NCBI RefSeq assembly: GCF_009914755.1 | Contig: NC_060929.1 | Reading direction: 5' to 3' (one strand) | Source: the human T2T-CHM13v2.0 reference genome, Homo sapiens | DNA: 64,000 nucleotides | Part shown: piece after piece, positions 41,036-56,163 of the stretch | Position numbering within the stretch: the first letter of the stretch is position 1 | Layout of the letters: each line of letters starts with the position of its first letter | Notes under the pieces: generated by a model | Databases searched by the model: none | The model's input: the letters and a program-made list of their open reading frames with translations, nothing else | Told to the model about the DNA's origin: nothing | Program-made: the position numbers and the translations under genes

Positions 41036-41254
41036 CAAATCATAGTCCAGATAAAACTGGTGACAATCTTGGAGGAATACCTCCACAGCACTAATAAGCT
41101 CTTTCTTGAAACTGGGCTGCAGTGAGACTAATTTATTCTGGACTTCGCCAGCACGTGCCAGCAGCTTCTCCCAAGCATAGTGCAGTGTATCAACTTTGTC
41201 TATCTCTTCCCTTGCTATCAGAAGTCCATATCTGTTAAGCAGGGCATAAGATTC
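41036..41254 (-). CDS. DNAH5: DNAH5 exon ~25 (219 nt) [11 protein letters not shown]...YLDYDL
   Basis: ttag|GAA acceptor, TTG|gtatg donor; phase 0->0; read manually. Confidence 0.92.
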
Positions 41255-43471
41255 CTAAAAAAAAATAGGAAAAACTTAATTTTGGCCAGTCAGATGCATA
41301 AATCTACACACAGCCATTTATTAAATGATAAGAATGGAAAATACCAGAATAATAGTGAAACTACCCTGAGAGTTCTAGTTATTCTACTTCAAACCGCAAG
41401 AGGTTAACTGTGCAACTGAGCTGTTCAGCTATAGTTTCCTCATCTATAAAATGGGAAAATCTTCTGGCTACTTCACAGGATCTTTGAGACTATTGAAAAA
41501 TGTCATTTTAAATGCATTTTGAAAACCATAAACCATTAGACAAATAAAAGATATTTTTACTTAGGCCCCCAAATTGTATTTGATCACTACAAAATTCTAT
41601 CAAGTAAATAAAAAACAAAATAATTTAACTTCTAATATTAGAATAACAAAATCAATCAGGGTTTTAACTCTGTCTTATTTCACGTGATCGATAAGAGGTT
41701 CCAATAGTAAGACACAAGGGAGGATTCTTGAATCAGAGCCTGGGCCAAGTCATTCCCTTCAGCATGTAAAATCCTGGATGGCTTTCTTCTCTAAAAGGTT
41801 AAAATGAGGCTAAGGTTGGTTTTCATAAGAAAGAATTTTCTCTAAATATCTCTAGTCTCTTCTCCCACCATTACTCCTCCCCATAGAGGTGGAATGAGTG
41901 CCTGATTATTAATTTGGGGGAAAACATTGTTGATCTGAGCAAGGATAGCCCAGTGCCTTTCTCTCTCTTCCCTCCCTCTCCGTGGAGGCATGCCTGTGGT
42001 CAGCACCTCAGTGCCATAAACTGGATCAGGGTAATACCAAGACCTACAGCTTTCCAACACTGCCTCTGATGGATGAGGAAGTATAATAATCCTGGGATTT
42101 AGTGTTCACTAGCTCATAATGTGTGTGTGTGTGTCTGGGGGTATGAAAGGGAGGGGAATAACTGGAGTAATACACTAAGTTATGTCTTCCGAATAACTTC
42201 CATCAGGCATAAAGGTGATGTTTTGATCTTGTCTACTTGATTCTACTTTTGTTCTTAATTCCTAGGTGGGAGAAAATAGGATTGTCAGTTACTGTACCTC
42301 CTCTTCATACTTGAGGGTATCCCCTGATCCTGCACAAAGAAATGTCTCTTTGCCTTGATGTTTCAACCCAAGGAGAGCAGGTTGGACCATGTGATCCCCC
42401 TGGCCCAACACAGCAGAAGTGAAAATGTGTAGTAGTCTGTACCATTCTCATGGTAATGTGAAAATTTTCAAAATTCAAACAGGGATGCAGAAAATGGGAG
42501 AATAGAGTCTGATCTCGACCATCAGAGTATAAGCCCAGACATTCCAGTTATAGTGTGATGAAAAGATGATGATTTTACAACTGGAGTTTTTTTTTAATGC
42601 TACAATTAAACTAGTCTCATTTAAAAATAACAAATATAGTGACCCACTTCTGATAAGACATTTTCATCTGGAGGTTAACAGCACCCCCTGACCCCACGGT
42701 GCCTCCATGGCTGAGAAGTGCTTTTCCTTAACGTCTCCACTCTTGGGTCTTTGTCAACAATCACAAGTGGCAAATAAGATTTAAAGACATGCACCAACAA
42801 TTATGATTATGGAAAGTTATTAATGATATTAATAATTCACACTCTTACTCATTTCTAATGATGATATAAATATTACAAGATGAATAAAAATGGAATTCAA
42901 AATTACACACACATACACAGACATTAAAAGGAGCTGGAAAGAAATATACCAACCTCTTGGTATGTACTTGATTGACAATATTATGGTAATTCTGAAGTTT
43001 TGTTTTATACAATCGTTTTGTGTTTTCTAATTTTTCTACAATGCTACTTTTTAATTAGGGAAAAAAGAGTTTGTTTGTTTGTTTGTTTGTTTTAAAAAAA
43101 AGGCTGTTGCTAAGACTGATTTTGCTGGTGGCCTAACATGAGATTTCTAAGGAGACTCCTTAGAAAGAGATGATGTTTACTCAAGTGAATCTATTCAAGG
43201 GTGTCTGCTTGTAATGAAATCAACTGTCTTTTTTGCCATTGCTTAAATTACACTATGTATGTTGATAATATTATAACTAATAAGTAAATAAAAGCAGACT
43301 TCACTGCAAAAAAAAGACATTTTCATCTGGAAAAGATAGTATGATATGGTATACAAATAAAAGTGATGTGCAACACTGATCAAATTACATAATTTCTTCG
43401 ACCCTCAGTTTCCTTATGTGAGGAGTAGGAGCCATAGTAAGGATGAAATGAGTTACTGCATATATGGACAC

Positions 43472-43844
43472 TGTTAACGCCCCATCCAGGTCCCGATTAC
43501 CAGCTGGTATTCCCATCCCCGACTACTGAGAGTGCTGGCTATAAGGACTGCAGCTGTCCCTTCCCTGGAAGATTTTTCTCAGCTGAATGTGAGCCTTCTC
43601 ATGGGGAGGTTATAGCCCATTTCCTACTGACTTAGGAGTAGAAAGGGTAGTCTCCTTTGCATGAAGGAGGGCCCAACTCAATTGATGTTGTAGAGTGCCC
43701 ATGGGATCAGGCTGAAGTTAGTCCATAGCTGATTGGCTTCCTTTCCTGATTCCCTCGCCCCTCTTCTTTGGTGAGCACTCACCAATAAATCATTTGCACA
43801 GAAATCTTTATCTCAGGCTCTGCTTTGAAGGACCTTAGGCGACA
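43472..43844 (+). mobile_element. ERVL LTR16-like solo LTR
   Basis: TG start; 3' caataaatcatttgcac...tctcaggctctgcttt...GACA. Confidence 0.55.
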
Positions 43845-44029
43845 TGTGAAGGTGAAAACTGGCCCATGGAAGGCAATGCTATAGGGGTTCGGTATCATCA
43901 ACAATATTGAAATTATTGTCTTGGTTTAGTAACCATTTAGTAACTTCACTCCAGACCCAGTCAATATTTCAGCTAATAGCATCCAACATGTAGAAATATT
44001 TCTATAATGAACAAATGATCATTAGTTAC

Positions 44030-44265
44030 CTCAATAGGTCCTACTTGAAAGTCAATGGAGATTTGCTCCTCCCTTATTTCTTTCAGCGCTGCCATTGCAA
44101 TCCGAATATCATCTAGGTCCTTAATTGGACGATTTAGTTTCTTATTGAATTCTTCAATAAGCATAAAAATGTTTTCCATCTCACTCCGGTATTTTTTGTT
44201 ACAGTGGCGTCCAATGACAACCATCCAGGCCTTTGTCTCAGCAGTCAGGGCGAACTTCAAGTCAG
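44030..44265 (-). CDS. DNAH5: DNAH5 exon ~24 (236 nt) [14 protein letters not shown]...VGPIE
   Basis: acag|CT acceptor, GAG|gtaac donor; phase 1->0. Confidence 0.93.
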
Positions 44266-44826
44266 CTGTAAAAACCCAAATGTCTACAGTTCAGTTTTAA
44301 AAACTCGAATCAGTACGAAAAGTCAAACTGTCGCTGTTCTCCAGTAGTAAATATTTTATAGCTTATTGCCCTCTAACCCACAAAAAATTGAACTGGAAAA
44401 AATCATAATTTTTCCTACTCATTATATATTCATTCATTTTTTAAAGTTTGTTTTTACAACAACTCAATACACATTTCAAAATGTTTTTTTAAAAAAGCAC
44501 ATATCAGAACTCTCTGGGATAAGCCTCAAAGGTTTGTTATTGTTATTTATTAAACAAAGGGTAAATTTTAATTCAAAATATAACAGACATCTCCTTTCTC
44601 TGACTTAGTCTTTTTTTCAAGGTTTAGCAGCAAAGTGTGCAAAATAGTCCAGAATCAATAATTATGCAGAAGAAAATTTTTTAAAAATCCACAAATTGGT
44701 TTTAAAGCTTGAGGCCCATAAAGTCAATCTTTAAGACAGGTAGAACTCTCTGGAATACAAATCTAGGTAAAGAGGCAGAACAATAATGGCTAATTTATAT
44801 AACTATATGAAAGAAAATGAACCAAC

Positions 44827-45028
44827 CTGTGTACAGAGCAATGGAACCCACACAGACATATTCAGGCTCAGCATTAATTTCCTGCTCTAGGTTTTGGAAA
44901 TAGAGAATCTGGGACTCAAATTCAGAAAGCAAGGGGCTCTGTGTAATAAATGTCTTAATGGCTTCTTCTTTTCCCTTTTGCCAAATGTGATTGTAGCGTT
45001 TGAAGCAATCCATGGATGTAATAACTTC
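44827..45028 (-). CDS. DNAH5: DNAH5 exon ~23 (202 nt) [12 protein letters not shown]...IALYT
   Basis: cag|GAA acceptor, G|gttggt donor; phase 0->1. Confidence 0.93.
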
Positions 45029-46124
45029 CTGAATGCAAATAACAGATTTATGTTAAGAAGGAAGAATCTGAAAGGCACAATGATATAAGTGAATATTTAC
45101 CAACTGCTGGTGGTTCCTATGGATTTATTAAAATGTTTAGTGAACTGTGTGATTATCTGGAAATGCCAAAGAACTGGGACTATATACAATAGTGTGGACA
45201 GTAGCCCAGGGCTAGTAACAGTTTCACTGTTATCATCCCTAGCTAAATGGGAGAGGAGCAGTTTCTAGAAACTAGATGACAGTTCTTGAAGATCCTGTGG
45301 ACAGGGCCCTGTTGGTTGGAGCTGGGCCTTAGATCAAAAACCACAGCTCAAGCTCACACTACAGGGAAGGTGCTATGAAAAACATACTCTGAGGTCATTC
45401 TCCTCTTTCCCCCCTCCCCTCAGATCTCCTCCAAGATTCTTCATTGACTGAACCCACTGGAAGCCTCAATGGGAATCTACTGACATGTTGCCTAAGGTCA
45501 GATAGGTGGAGGGAATGGAGATTAGATCTTAGGGGCATGAAGGACAAACAGAAAATAGCGAGCATCACTTCAATGAGAGATTGCCTGGAATCACATAAAA
45601 TGTATAATTCATATAACTAGAATTGACATCTGAACAATACTACATCTAACCAACCAGGAACATAGTGCATGTTTCCATATCTTGTCATCTTTTTCAAAAA
45701 TTCCTTAAGTTTTAGCATAATCTTCATAGAGACCCCAGATACTTCTTATTATACATGTTTCTAGGTATTTTTCAATGCTGTTGTCATTGTAAACAAGATA
45801 TTTTCCACTATTATTATAACTGGCTATGAATGGCATATACATTTTTTTAAATTTATTTGTAAATCAACAGTCTAGTTTGCTAACCAAGTATGCATCTGTA
45901 AAGATGAAATGACTCTCTGGCAATTGGTAAATAGGGGACAGTGCTGACATAATGCAGAGGTCATGTTTTCAAATGCTATTTTTCCCAGCAAAACAAATGC
46001 TACTGCTTTGTACCAGCTAAAGCAGCAAGTCACAGAGGAGTACAGTCCTGTGTGCCACTCCCCCTCCATCACTTCTTCCTTTTGGATTGATTTGGCTACC
46101 ACCTGTCTTAAGAATATCTTTGCA

Positions 46125-46400
46125 TATGGTTCTCACTCATAAGTTAGTGCTAAAAAAAAAAGTGTTTGCATGGACATACAGAGCAGAATGATAGATAATA
46201 GAGACTCAGAAGAGTCAGATTTCTCATCAACTTCAGAAGGGAGGGCTATGAGAAATTCACTAACAGATACAATGTACATTATTTGGGTGATGGATACCCT
46301 AAAATCCCTGACTTGGCCACTATGCAATCTATACATACAGCACAATTGCACATGTATCCCATAAATTTGTACAAATAAAAATAGATAAATAAATAAATAC
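46125..46400 (+). mobile_element. L1MA-like 3' end
   Basis: ttctcactcata...gggtgatggataccctaaaatccctgacttggccactatgc...aataaa tail. Confidence 0.78.
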
Positions 46401-46920
46401 CAATCAAAGCAGAAAGAACAACAAAGAAAGAATGTTCTTTGTAGAGTTTGGCCTGATTTTTGTAGAGTTTATCTTTGCTTCTATGCCTCCACAATCTCTT
46501 CCTTTTCCCACTTCTACCAAGCTTCTTTCATCTTTTATAGTAAAGTTCTGTAATTACTATAGTGTTATTAAATATGTGAATATTTCACTAAGATTGTTAC
46601 TGTTACTATTTTACTATGATTATTATTGTTTTATTTATTACCCTGGTTACAAATTGCCTAGATTTTGTGTCTGCCTCAATCTTGTTTTTCTCATCATCCC
46701 TATTATTTAATATTAAATATGCAACTTCTCAAAACAGGACGATTTTCAGGAACATGTTTATTGTATTCTATGAAAAATTCATATAATTATCTTTCCATTG
46801 GTGACTAACTTAACTCTTGTTGGGCCACAATTTCTTTTTTAGATTAGCCTCTTGGATTTACTTGGCAGACAATTGTATCATCTACAAATAATTAAAATTT
46901 TGTCTTTTTTTATTTAATTA

Positions 46921-47063
46921 CTATTTATTTATTTATTTATTTTTGTAGAGACGAGATCTCACTGTGTTACCCAAGCTGGTCTCAAACTCCTGGCTTCAAG
47001 TGATCCTCTCATCTCGGCCTCCTAAAGTGCTGAGATTACAAACATGAGCCACGGCGCCTAGCC
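46921..47063 (-). mobile_element. Alu monomer (FLAM-like)
   Basis: (TTTA)n tail plus reverse left monomer only. Confidence 0.82.
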
Positions 47064-47759
47064 AAAAAATTTGTCTCTTCATTTCTAATTCCTTTGTGAA
47101 TCAAGTTTTTCCACTGCCTTATATTATGATTTCAGAGTTACATCTGCATGAAAAACAAATTTAGCTGATAAAGAATAAACAGTGCAATTATCTGAAATAA
47201 CTGAGCATTACAGGATTCTAAATGGTCTGATTATTTTAAGTAAATTGCACCAAGCTGCACCAAACCAAGAAGCAGTTCCACTCCAGCTCCCCACATACAG
47301 CTAAAATGTCCCTCCGAGCCTCAGGTTCAATGGATGTTGATACTTCCCATCCATTAAAATGCAGAAAGCTAAACCTATCACTGCCTATCCCAACCACAAA
47401 TGATTCGTTTGCATGACCTGAAGTGTTGACATGCAGACCAAGAATGCATTGCAATAGCATGTAGACATATTCACATATGTATGATGGTTTGAAGAATTAA
47501 TTACAGATTATTGAAGATTCCCAGAAATGGATAGAAGTTCCAGAATCCAGAGCTCTCTCACCACCCAAGCTTATAATATTAAGAATATACCCTAACTAAA
47601 TATGTTGGAGGGTATTCTTTTAAAGTGTCTGTCTTTATTAAATTGGAACTTTTTCACATGAAGGTAACCTAGACCTTGAAAGGAAAATGACCTCAGTAGG
47701 AAAATTAGATGAACTACATATGTAGAGTTGTTCTGATTATGTAACCAAGGTTATTTTGA

Positions 47760-48079
<320 letters not shown>

Positions 48080-48409
48080 TCAGCTCATCCTTTTAAGCCA
48101 GGTTGTTAGAAGTTGATGACCAACCTATGGGCGTGCTAAAGGCAGGTCAGGTTTACATTCTAATCCAATCAGCTATAGCAACAGGAAAGGGGCAGGGATC
48201 ATAGGACTTTCTGTGGTTGAGGCAGAATCATTCAGAAAGGTCTATGGCTGTGGAGGGCTGGCTATATCTAATACTATGACTAAGTGTACATATATTCTCC
48301 CAGAAACAATTTGGCTATCCTATAAATCTGGAATAAGTTCTTCAAGTTGTTATAAATGCCAACCTTTTCTACTATTTTAAGGAAAACTAATATCTGAGCA
48401 TTTCCTTCA

Positions 48410-48804
<395 letters not shown>

Positions 48805-49944
48805 TTAGATTTTCATAATAGTGGTTGATCATACTAGAGAAACTAGTGGATCTTATTGCTGATTTATTTTCTTTTATTTTCTAGGAATACTGAGACACTT
48901 GAAAATATTTCTGAATGTTTATTGTTATCATGGAATACTTTGCTTATCATTCAGTATAGAGCTTAATAATCTAAGTACTAGATAAATATTTATTGAGTTA
49001 CCTGAATACTGTCTCTAGGGGAAAATTAAATACAGGACCTTCAATATATTAAGAAAGGAAAATTAAAAGTCCATAAATGCAAAAGATTTCCAGTTCCCTT
49101 GGGAACACATTAAAACTAAACTTAATAATATTTCCTCACATTGTTACAGCAATGGTAGCTTTTCAGAGTGCTTTCAAATGAACGTAACTCATTGTATCAA
49201 AACTGAGTAATAGAAAAAATGCACTTACTGAGCAACAACTATTCCTTAAACACTGGGAAACATTATTAACAAGTCAACAAGTCTTACTGGCCATGTGAAT
49301 TAGAAGAGTTTTTTTAAAAAATAAAAGATGATTTCAGGGTTTTAAATCTTTTTGTCTGTAAAATAGATTTGCATGAACAAAAAAGGGGAAGTTGAGAGGG
49401 GAGTATGCTGAAAGAAAAAATTGCCTTGAATGTACATTCATGTCCAGTTCAAGTTTGTATTGATAGTACTAATATCTTCTTTATTCTCAGTTTCATCTAA
49501 TTTCTATGTGGCAATATAAATAAATTTTTATCTGATATTTTATAACATTTGCCCGACTACTCAAATATGAAAAAATGACTACAAACCTTATTCTATTTCA
49601 AATATGTTAGTATCACTGGTTCTTTGAAGGTGAATTATAACAACAGTCTGACTTGTAGTTTGGAACATATTAGATTTTTTAAGTTAGATTCATTTGTATT
49701 AAAAGAATATATTAAAAGCATTAAACAAAACACAATATGAGAGTAGGAATAATTTTCTTTCACCTTGCAATCTAGAATGAAAGATCTTCAGTTAGACAAA
49801 CATTTGCTGAGCACACACAAGATGCTCCCTGAAAGCACAGTGTGTGAGACCCAGGCTACATAAAGGACAACTTTGTGATGTTCACTTTCACACAAGTGCA
49901 TGTTGCAAAGCAAAAGGTCCGGCTGCCAGACCCTCTTGACATAC

Positions 49945-50078
49945 CTTTTTGGTGGAGTTGATAATTGTGCTAAGCACAGAAACTAATTTTACAATCTCTT
50001 TGTTTTCAGAAACATTCTTATAATAGTTCTTGGTTTGCACGGGAATGGGTAAATTTACAGATGCTATCTCCAAGGTAT
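49945..50078 (-). CDS. DNAH5: DNAH5 exon ~22 (134 nt) [20 protein letters not shown]...NSTKK
   Basis: ttag|AT acceptor, AAG|gtatg donor; phase 1->0. Confidence 0.93.
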
Positions 50079-50721
50079 CTAAAAAGAAAAAAAGAAGAGA
50101 AAACTTTACACTACTCACACAAGAATGTACTTTCAGGAGATGAGGATATTTCTGTGATAGTAAAGCAAGGACTTCTGAAAATCTTCTCCTTTATAAAAAC
50201 AATGAAAATAATGGAAAGAGTTGTCAATGTCAACTTTTCAGGACTCTGTAAATTAATCAAAGCTTGCAATAATCCAAAAAGTGTTTATTCAAGAACAATG
50301 CTAAATCTTGGTAACAACAGCAAGTTTTGTGGTGTTTTGACTTGCTCTAGTCCCACTGCCGCTCTCTGGCTATAGGGTAGCCTTGAAAAACAGCAGCCTT
50401 ACAACCATTATAACTGGAGGAAAAAAACCTACCAGTAGCCTAGCAGTCCCTGGAAGGGCCAGCCTGGGCTTGGAGCTCCTTAGGGAGCTCCATAGAATTC
50501 TCACTCTTTGAGCTGTCTGGGAGCTCCCTGGAAAAGCCCTGTTCAAACAGTTTATTTTTATTTGACCTGACTCAGAGCTCTCTGAGAAAAAAAGTCCTAT
50601 CCTCATGGCATTTGTCAAAAGACTATCAGCAACAATTGCTTAACTTCACAGCTACCTGAGGCAATGATATTAGTTGGGGGCAAATAAGAGGTTGGCCAAA
50701 AAAGTTAAAACTCTGGGAAAG

Positions 50722-53700
50722 GAGAAGAATGAAGTCAGCAACATGGCTGAATAAGAATATCCTGGCTCTCCCTCCACCCATGGACACACCCAATACACAT
50801 CTATTCTCAGATCAATTCCATCTGAGAGAAAGTCAGAGACCAGTGGAGAGACTCCTGCTTATGTTATAACCAAAAACATATCCGCATCAAAGGGCAGGAA
50901 AAGTGGAGACACACTTGGACATGGATCCTGCTCCAGGCACTGAACCAGAGAATTGGGAAAGGAATCTGCAACACACAGTTTCTCTCTGTGGAAATGAGGC
51001 TTTGGACCTCACATGTATCACCATAACTCTTAAGGTTCCCCATGGCTTGGCTCTTAATTCACCAATTCTGAGAGTGGAGTGGATTAGACACACAAGAGTC
51101 TCTCTGGACCACAAGAAAAAAGTGATGGCTTTACACAGGCATGAAGCACTTACAGAGGCTTCATTCTGTGGAAGTTGTGCAGAGACGGGGCTTTAAAACC
51201 ATGGCCCCTTGTTTCTCTCTCACATCAAGTGCCCCAACATTTACAGCTGCCACCCAAGGGACTACATTCTAAAACTCCTATCTCTGGGAGCAGACGGGAC
51301 TGGCATTTGTGTGTCTCTCTAGACCACAGGAAGAAGCGGCCATTTAATATGAGCACACAAGCACTTCAACAGGCTTTATCCCCCAGGAGCAGTGCAGAGA
51401 AGGGGCTTAAAAAACACAGTCTTCTGTTTCTGTCCAGAAGGGGTTAATGCTATGCACTGAGTGCCCCAACTTCTGCAGCCACCTCCCAAAGGACTCAATC
51501 CTAAACCTCTTAGCTACGTGAAGAAAGGGCATTAGGCATATGTGAATTTCCCCAGATCACAAAACAGAAAGGAAGTTTCAATGGACATGGAAACACTACC
51601 AGGGGCTACACCCCCTCAGAACAATGCAGAAAAGGATCAAGAATGTGCAGCTTCCATTTTCTTTCTGGGAAGGGGCTTCTGGCACCCCCCCGCCTAGTGT
51701 CTACTTGATGGCCTGGCTTCTAAAAACTGTACATCAGAGAGCTAATGAGGCAAACAAACAGGAGCCCTCCAGCAGCTGGAGCCACAGCTGAGCACTTCAT
51801 GAGTGTTCCCTCTGGCTCCCCTAGTGATAAGCCTAGGCCTAGCCATTCTTTCTGGAAGGAGCTACGACACGCACCAAGTGCCATAACTTCTATAGCTCCT
51901 ACCCAAAGGACTGTCTCTTTAATGATCTAGCTAGCTCTGGGAGTCAGTGGGTCTTTGCACTTTTGAGTAGCCAGAGACCATGGAAAACAACGAGGTGGAT
52001 GTACAATGGGCCAACTTCCATCAGTTATCTCGCCAGAATCAGAGGATGCAGCCTGAACATGATGGCAGGCATTTGCCACAGATCCTCTCTCTGGCTTAAT
52101 GCAGAGAACTGAAGATAAATGCCTGTGCTCAGCTTCACTGTGAAGACAGAAAAAATTGGAGCATGCATTCAACACTCCAACATTTCCAGCTACATCTAGA
52201 GAATCTAGCTCCTACCTTACCAGTCTTAGGGGTACTGACAGGACATATCATATCTGAATCTCCAGGGTAGGGGGGACAAAAAATAGAGACAGCAGTCTGG
52301 ACAAACACTAAGATTAGAGAGGCATCTTGAAATCTCTGGTTAGTCGAAATAGTGAGATCCTCCCACATGAGGTCAGTCTGACAAGACTGAAAGAGGTAGC
52401 TGTCTTTTATAATACACAGAAACCAACACAGAGGGTCAAAGAAAATGAACAAAAACAGGGAAATACAGTTCAAATAAAATAACCAAATAAATCTCCAGAA
52501 ACTGTTCTGAGTGAAGTGGACATATATGATTTATCTGACAGGGAATTCAAAATACAGATGCTCCTTGACCTATGATGAAGTTACATCCCAATAAATCCAT
52601 CATAAGTCAAAAATATCCTAAGTCAATAATGCACTTAATACCCTAGTAAGCCTATTGTAAAGTTAAAAATCTGTAAGTCAAACTATTCTAAGTACAGATG
52701 CTCTTTGACTTACTATAAAGTTACTTCTTGATAACCCCATTATAAAGTCAAAAAAAATGTGAAGCCAAACCATTGTAAGTCAGGGACCATCTGTAATATT
52801 CATAAAGATCCTCACCAATATCAAGAGAGAAATGCAAAAACAAACTGAGAACTTCAACAAAGACAGAAAGTATAAAAAAGCACCAAACAGCAAACATAAA
52901 ACTGAAGAATGATGTAACTGAACACAAAAATTTAATAGTTTCCACAGAAGACTAGATCAAGCAGAAGTAGAAAAAAAAACAGTGGATTCAAAGAGAGGTC
53001 ACTGAAAATCATCCAATCTGAGGAGCAAAAAATAAAAAGAATGAAAAAGAATGAAGATATCTTAACAGACTTATGGGACACCATCAAGAGGAACAACTTA
53101 TGCATTATTGGCTTGCCAGAAAGAGAAAAGAAAGACAGAGGAAACATACTCAGAGAAATAATGGCAAAAACTTCCAAGCCTGGGGGAGGAAATAGAAAGC
53201 CAGCTCCAGGAAGCCCAAAGGACATTAAATAAGATTAATTCAAAAACACTCACACCAAGACACATTATAATCAAATTGTCAATAGCTAAAGATAAAGAGT
53301 GTTGAAAGTAGCAAGGGAAAAGTGTTTCATTGTATGTAAGGGAACACTCATAAGACTATCAGTAGATTTCTTAGCAGAAGCCTTGCAGGTTAGAAAGGAG
53401 TGAAGTGATATATTCAAAATACTGAAAGAAAATAACTGCTAAGAATACTATATCAAGCAATTCTAGCTTTCAAAAACAAAGGGATGGTATAAACTTTCTC
53501 ATACAAACAAAAGCTGAGAGAGTTTATCACCACAAGACCCATCTTGCAGGAAATGCTAAATGGAGATTAAGCTGAAGGAAGAAGATGCTTATTAGTAACA
53601 TGAAAACATATGAAAATATAATACCTCACTCATAAAAGTAAGTATATTGGCAAATCCAAAACACTCTAATACTGTAATGGTGGTGGGTAAATCATTAATA

Positions 53701-55803
53701 TTTCCAGTAAAAAAGTTAAGAGGCAAAACTACTAAAAACAACTAGAGCTACACAAATTTATTAAGGGATACAAATTATAAAAAGATGTAAAATGTGACAC
53801 CAAAAACTTAAAATGTATGAGGTGGGGAGTAAAAGTATAGAATTTGTATATGCAATCAAAACTATGTTGTTACCAACTTAAAATAGCCTATAATTAGTAT
53901 AAGATGTTTTATGTAAGCCTCAGGGTAAACATAAAGCAAAAGGCCATAAGAGATACATAAAAGAAAAAAAAAGATCCAAAATATATCACTAGAGAAAGCT
54001 ATCAAACCACAAAGGAAGAAATAAACAAAGGGTCTACAAAACAACCAGAAAACAATTAACAAAAAGGCAAGAGTAAGTCTGTAACTATCAACAATTACTT
54101 TAAATGTAAATGTATTAAATACTCCAATCAAAAGGCATAGAGTGGCCAAATGAACTAAAAGACCACAAAAAAAGACCCAACTGCATGCTGCTTACAAGAG
54201 ACTCATTCCACCTTAAAGTTCACTCACAGATTGAAAGTGAAGGGATGAAAAAATAAAGTTCATATAAATGAAAAAACAAAATAGACTTCACATCAAAAAG
54301 TGTAAAAAGAGACAAAGATCATCATATAATAAAAAGGGAATAAATTCTTCAAAATTATATTATAATCGTAAATACATATACACCCAACATTGGAGCATAT
54401 AACTATATAAAGTAAATATTAAGAGATCTGAAGAGAGACACAGACTAGAACACAATAATAGTAGGGGATTTTAGTACCCTACTTTCATCACTGAACAGAT
54501 CATCTAAACAGAAAATCAATAAAGAAATATTAGACTTGAACTACACTTTAGACCAAATATACCTAACAGACAGAATATTCCATCTAACAGAACAGCATAT
54601 ACATTCTTCTCGAGTGCACACAGAACATTCTCTCTATGGTAGATCATATGTTAGACACAAAATGAGTCTTAACAAACTTAAGATCAAATTACAACAAATT
54701 TGATCTTATAACAAATTATAACAAATTTTCCAAACCAAGCGTATGAAACTAGAAATCAGGAAAAAAATCAAACAGGAAAAACCATGCAAATGTTTTAAAT
54801 ATGTGAAAATAAAACAATATGCTTCTGAAAAAAACTTCTCAAATCAGGTCAAAGAAGTAATTAGATGACAAATTTCAAAATATCCTGAGACAAATGAGAA
54901 TGGAAACATGACATATCAAAATTTATTGGATGCAGCAAAAGCAGTTCTAAGAGGAAACGGTATAGCAAAATAAACAGCTAAGTCAAAAAAGGAGAGAGAT
55001 CTCAAATACATAACCTAAAATTACAACTCAAAGAACTAGAAAAAGGAGAACAGACAAGCCCAAAGTTAGCAGAAGGGAGGAAATAAAGATCAGAGCATAA
55101 ACAAATGAAATAGAAACTAGAAAAACAATAGAAAAGATCAACAAAACAAAAAGTTGGTTTTCTGAAAAGCTACACAAAGTTGACAAATCCTTAGCTAGAC
55201 TAAGTAAAAAAGAGGACTCAAGTAAATAAAATCACAAATGAAAGGAGATATTACTACTGATAACCCAAAAATACAAATTATCATGAGAATGCTAAGAACA
55301 ATTTTGTGCCAACCTAGAAGAAATGAATAAATTCCTAGAAACATATAATTAACCTACCAAGATGGAATCAAGAAGAAATTGAAAATCTGAACAGACCTAT
55401 AGTAAGAAAGAAGATCAAATCAGTAATTTAAAGTCTACAATCAAAAAAAGCCTACCACCAGATGGTTGCATAGCTAAATTCTACCAAACATTTAAAGAAC
55501 TAATACCAATATTTCTCTAGCACTTCAAAAAATTAAAGAGAAGGGAATACTTCCAAACTCATTTTACAAGGCCAGCATTACCCCGATACCAAAGCTAGAC
55601 ACATACACTACAATTTAAAAAAAAAAAAAACTACAGGCCAATATCACTGGTGGACATAAATGCAAAAATTCTCAACAAAATCCTAGCAAATTATATTCAA
55701 CAGTGCATTAAAAGATCATTCATCATGATTAAGTGAAATTTATCCCCTGGATGCAAGATTGGTTCAATATATGCAAATCAATAAATGTGATCCACCATAA
55801 CAG
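50722..55803 (+). mobile_element. Older L1M (L1M2/L1MA-like): 5'UTR, ORF1 and 5' half of ORF2, 3'-truncated
   Basis: gtcagcaacatggctgaataag 5' motif; ORF1-like LTDLWDTIKRNNLCIIGLPE; decayed EN/RT sequence ending abruptly. Confidence 0.82.
52555..52793 (+). mobile_element. MER8 (TcMar-Tigger MITE) nested in L1M
   Basis: TA|CAGATGCTCC...GACCATCTG|TA, internal repeat of the left end, 239 bp. Confidence 0.82.
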
Positions 55804-55987
55804 AAGTCAACTAAAATGGTGATATTAAAATACGTGGACCTTGATATTTTGTCAACTTCAAATTGGCTCATAGATTAATATTCTGATGTAAAATAAATTG
55901 AGAATTACATGGAGGGGTTAAAAAACATTTAAGCTCAATGAATGTTGATTTACAATGCCTCTTTTAAAAGACTAAAAGAACATTTAC

Positions 55988-56075
55988 CTTGGAGTTCATT
56001 TTCTCCCATTTCAACATCAGAATCACTGTCTTCATTACTCTGCAAAGCAGCCATTTTTCTTTCTTGTATCTTTTT
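55988..56075 (-). CDS. DNAH5: DNAH5 exon ~21 (88 nt) [29 protein letters not shown]
   Basis: tgtag|AAA acceptor, G|gtaaat donor; phase 0->1; preceded by an 88-nt intron. Confidence 0.9.
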
Positions 56076-56163
56076 CTACAATGTAAAAGGATATTTTTCA
56101 GTTCTGTCCTATCTGTAAAAGAAGTGGTTTCCATATGAAACCATTTCTGCACCCCATACCCAC

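Noticed and set aside
45100-45570. Possible old LTR33-like element
   Set aside because: Too diverged to define termini or TSD by eye.
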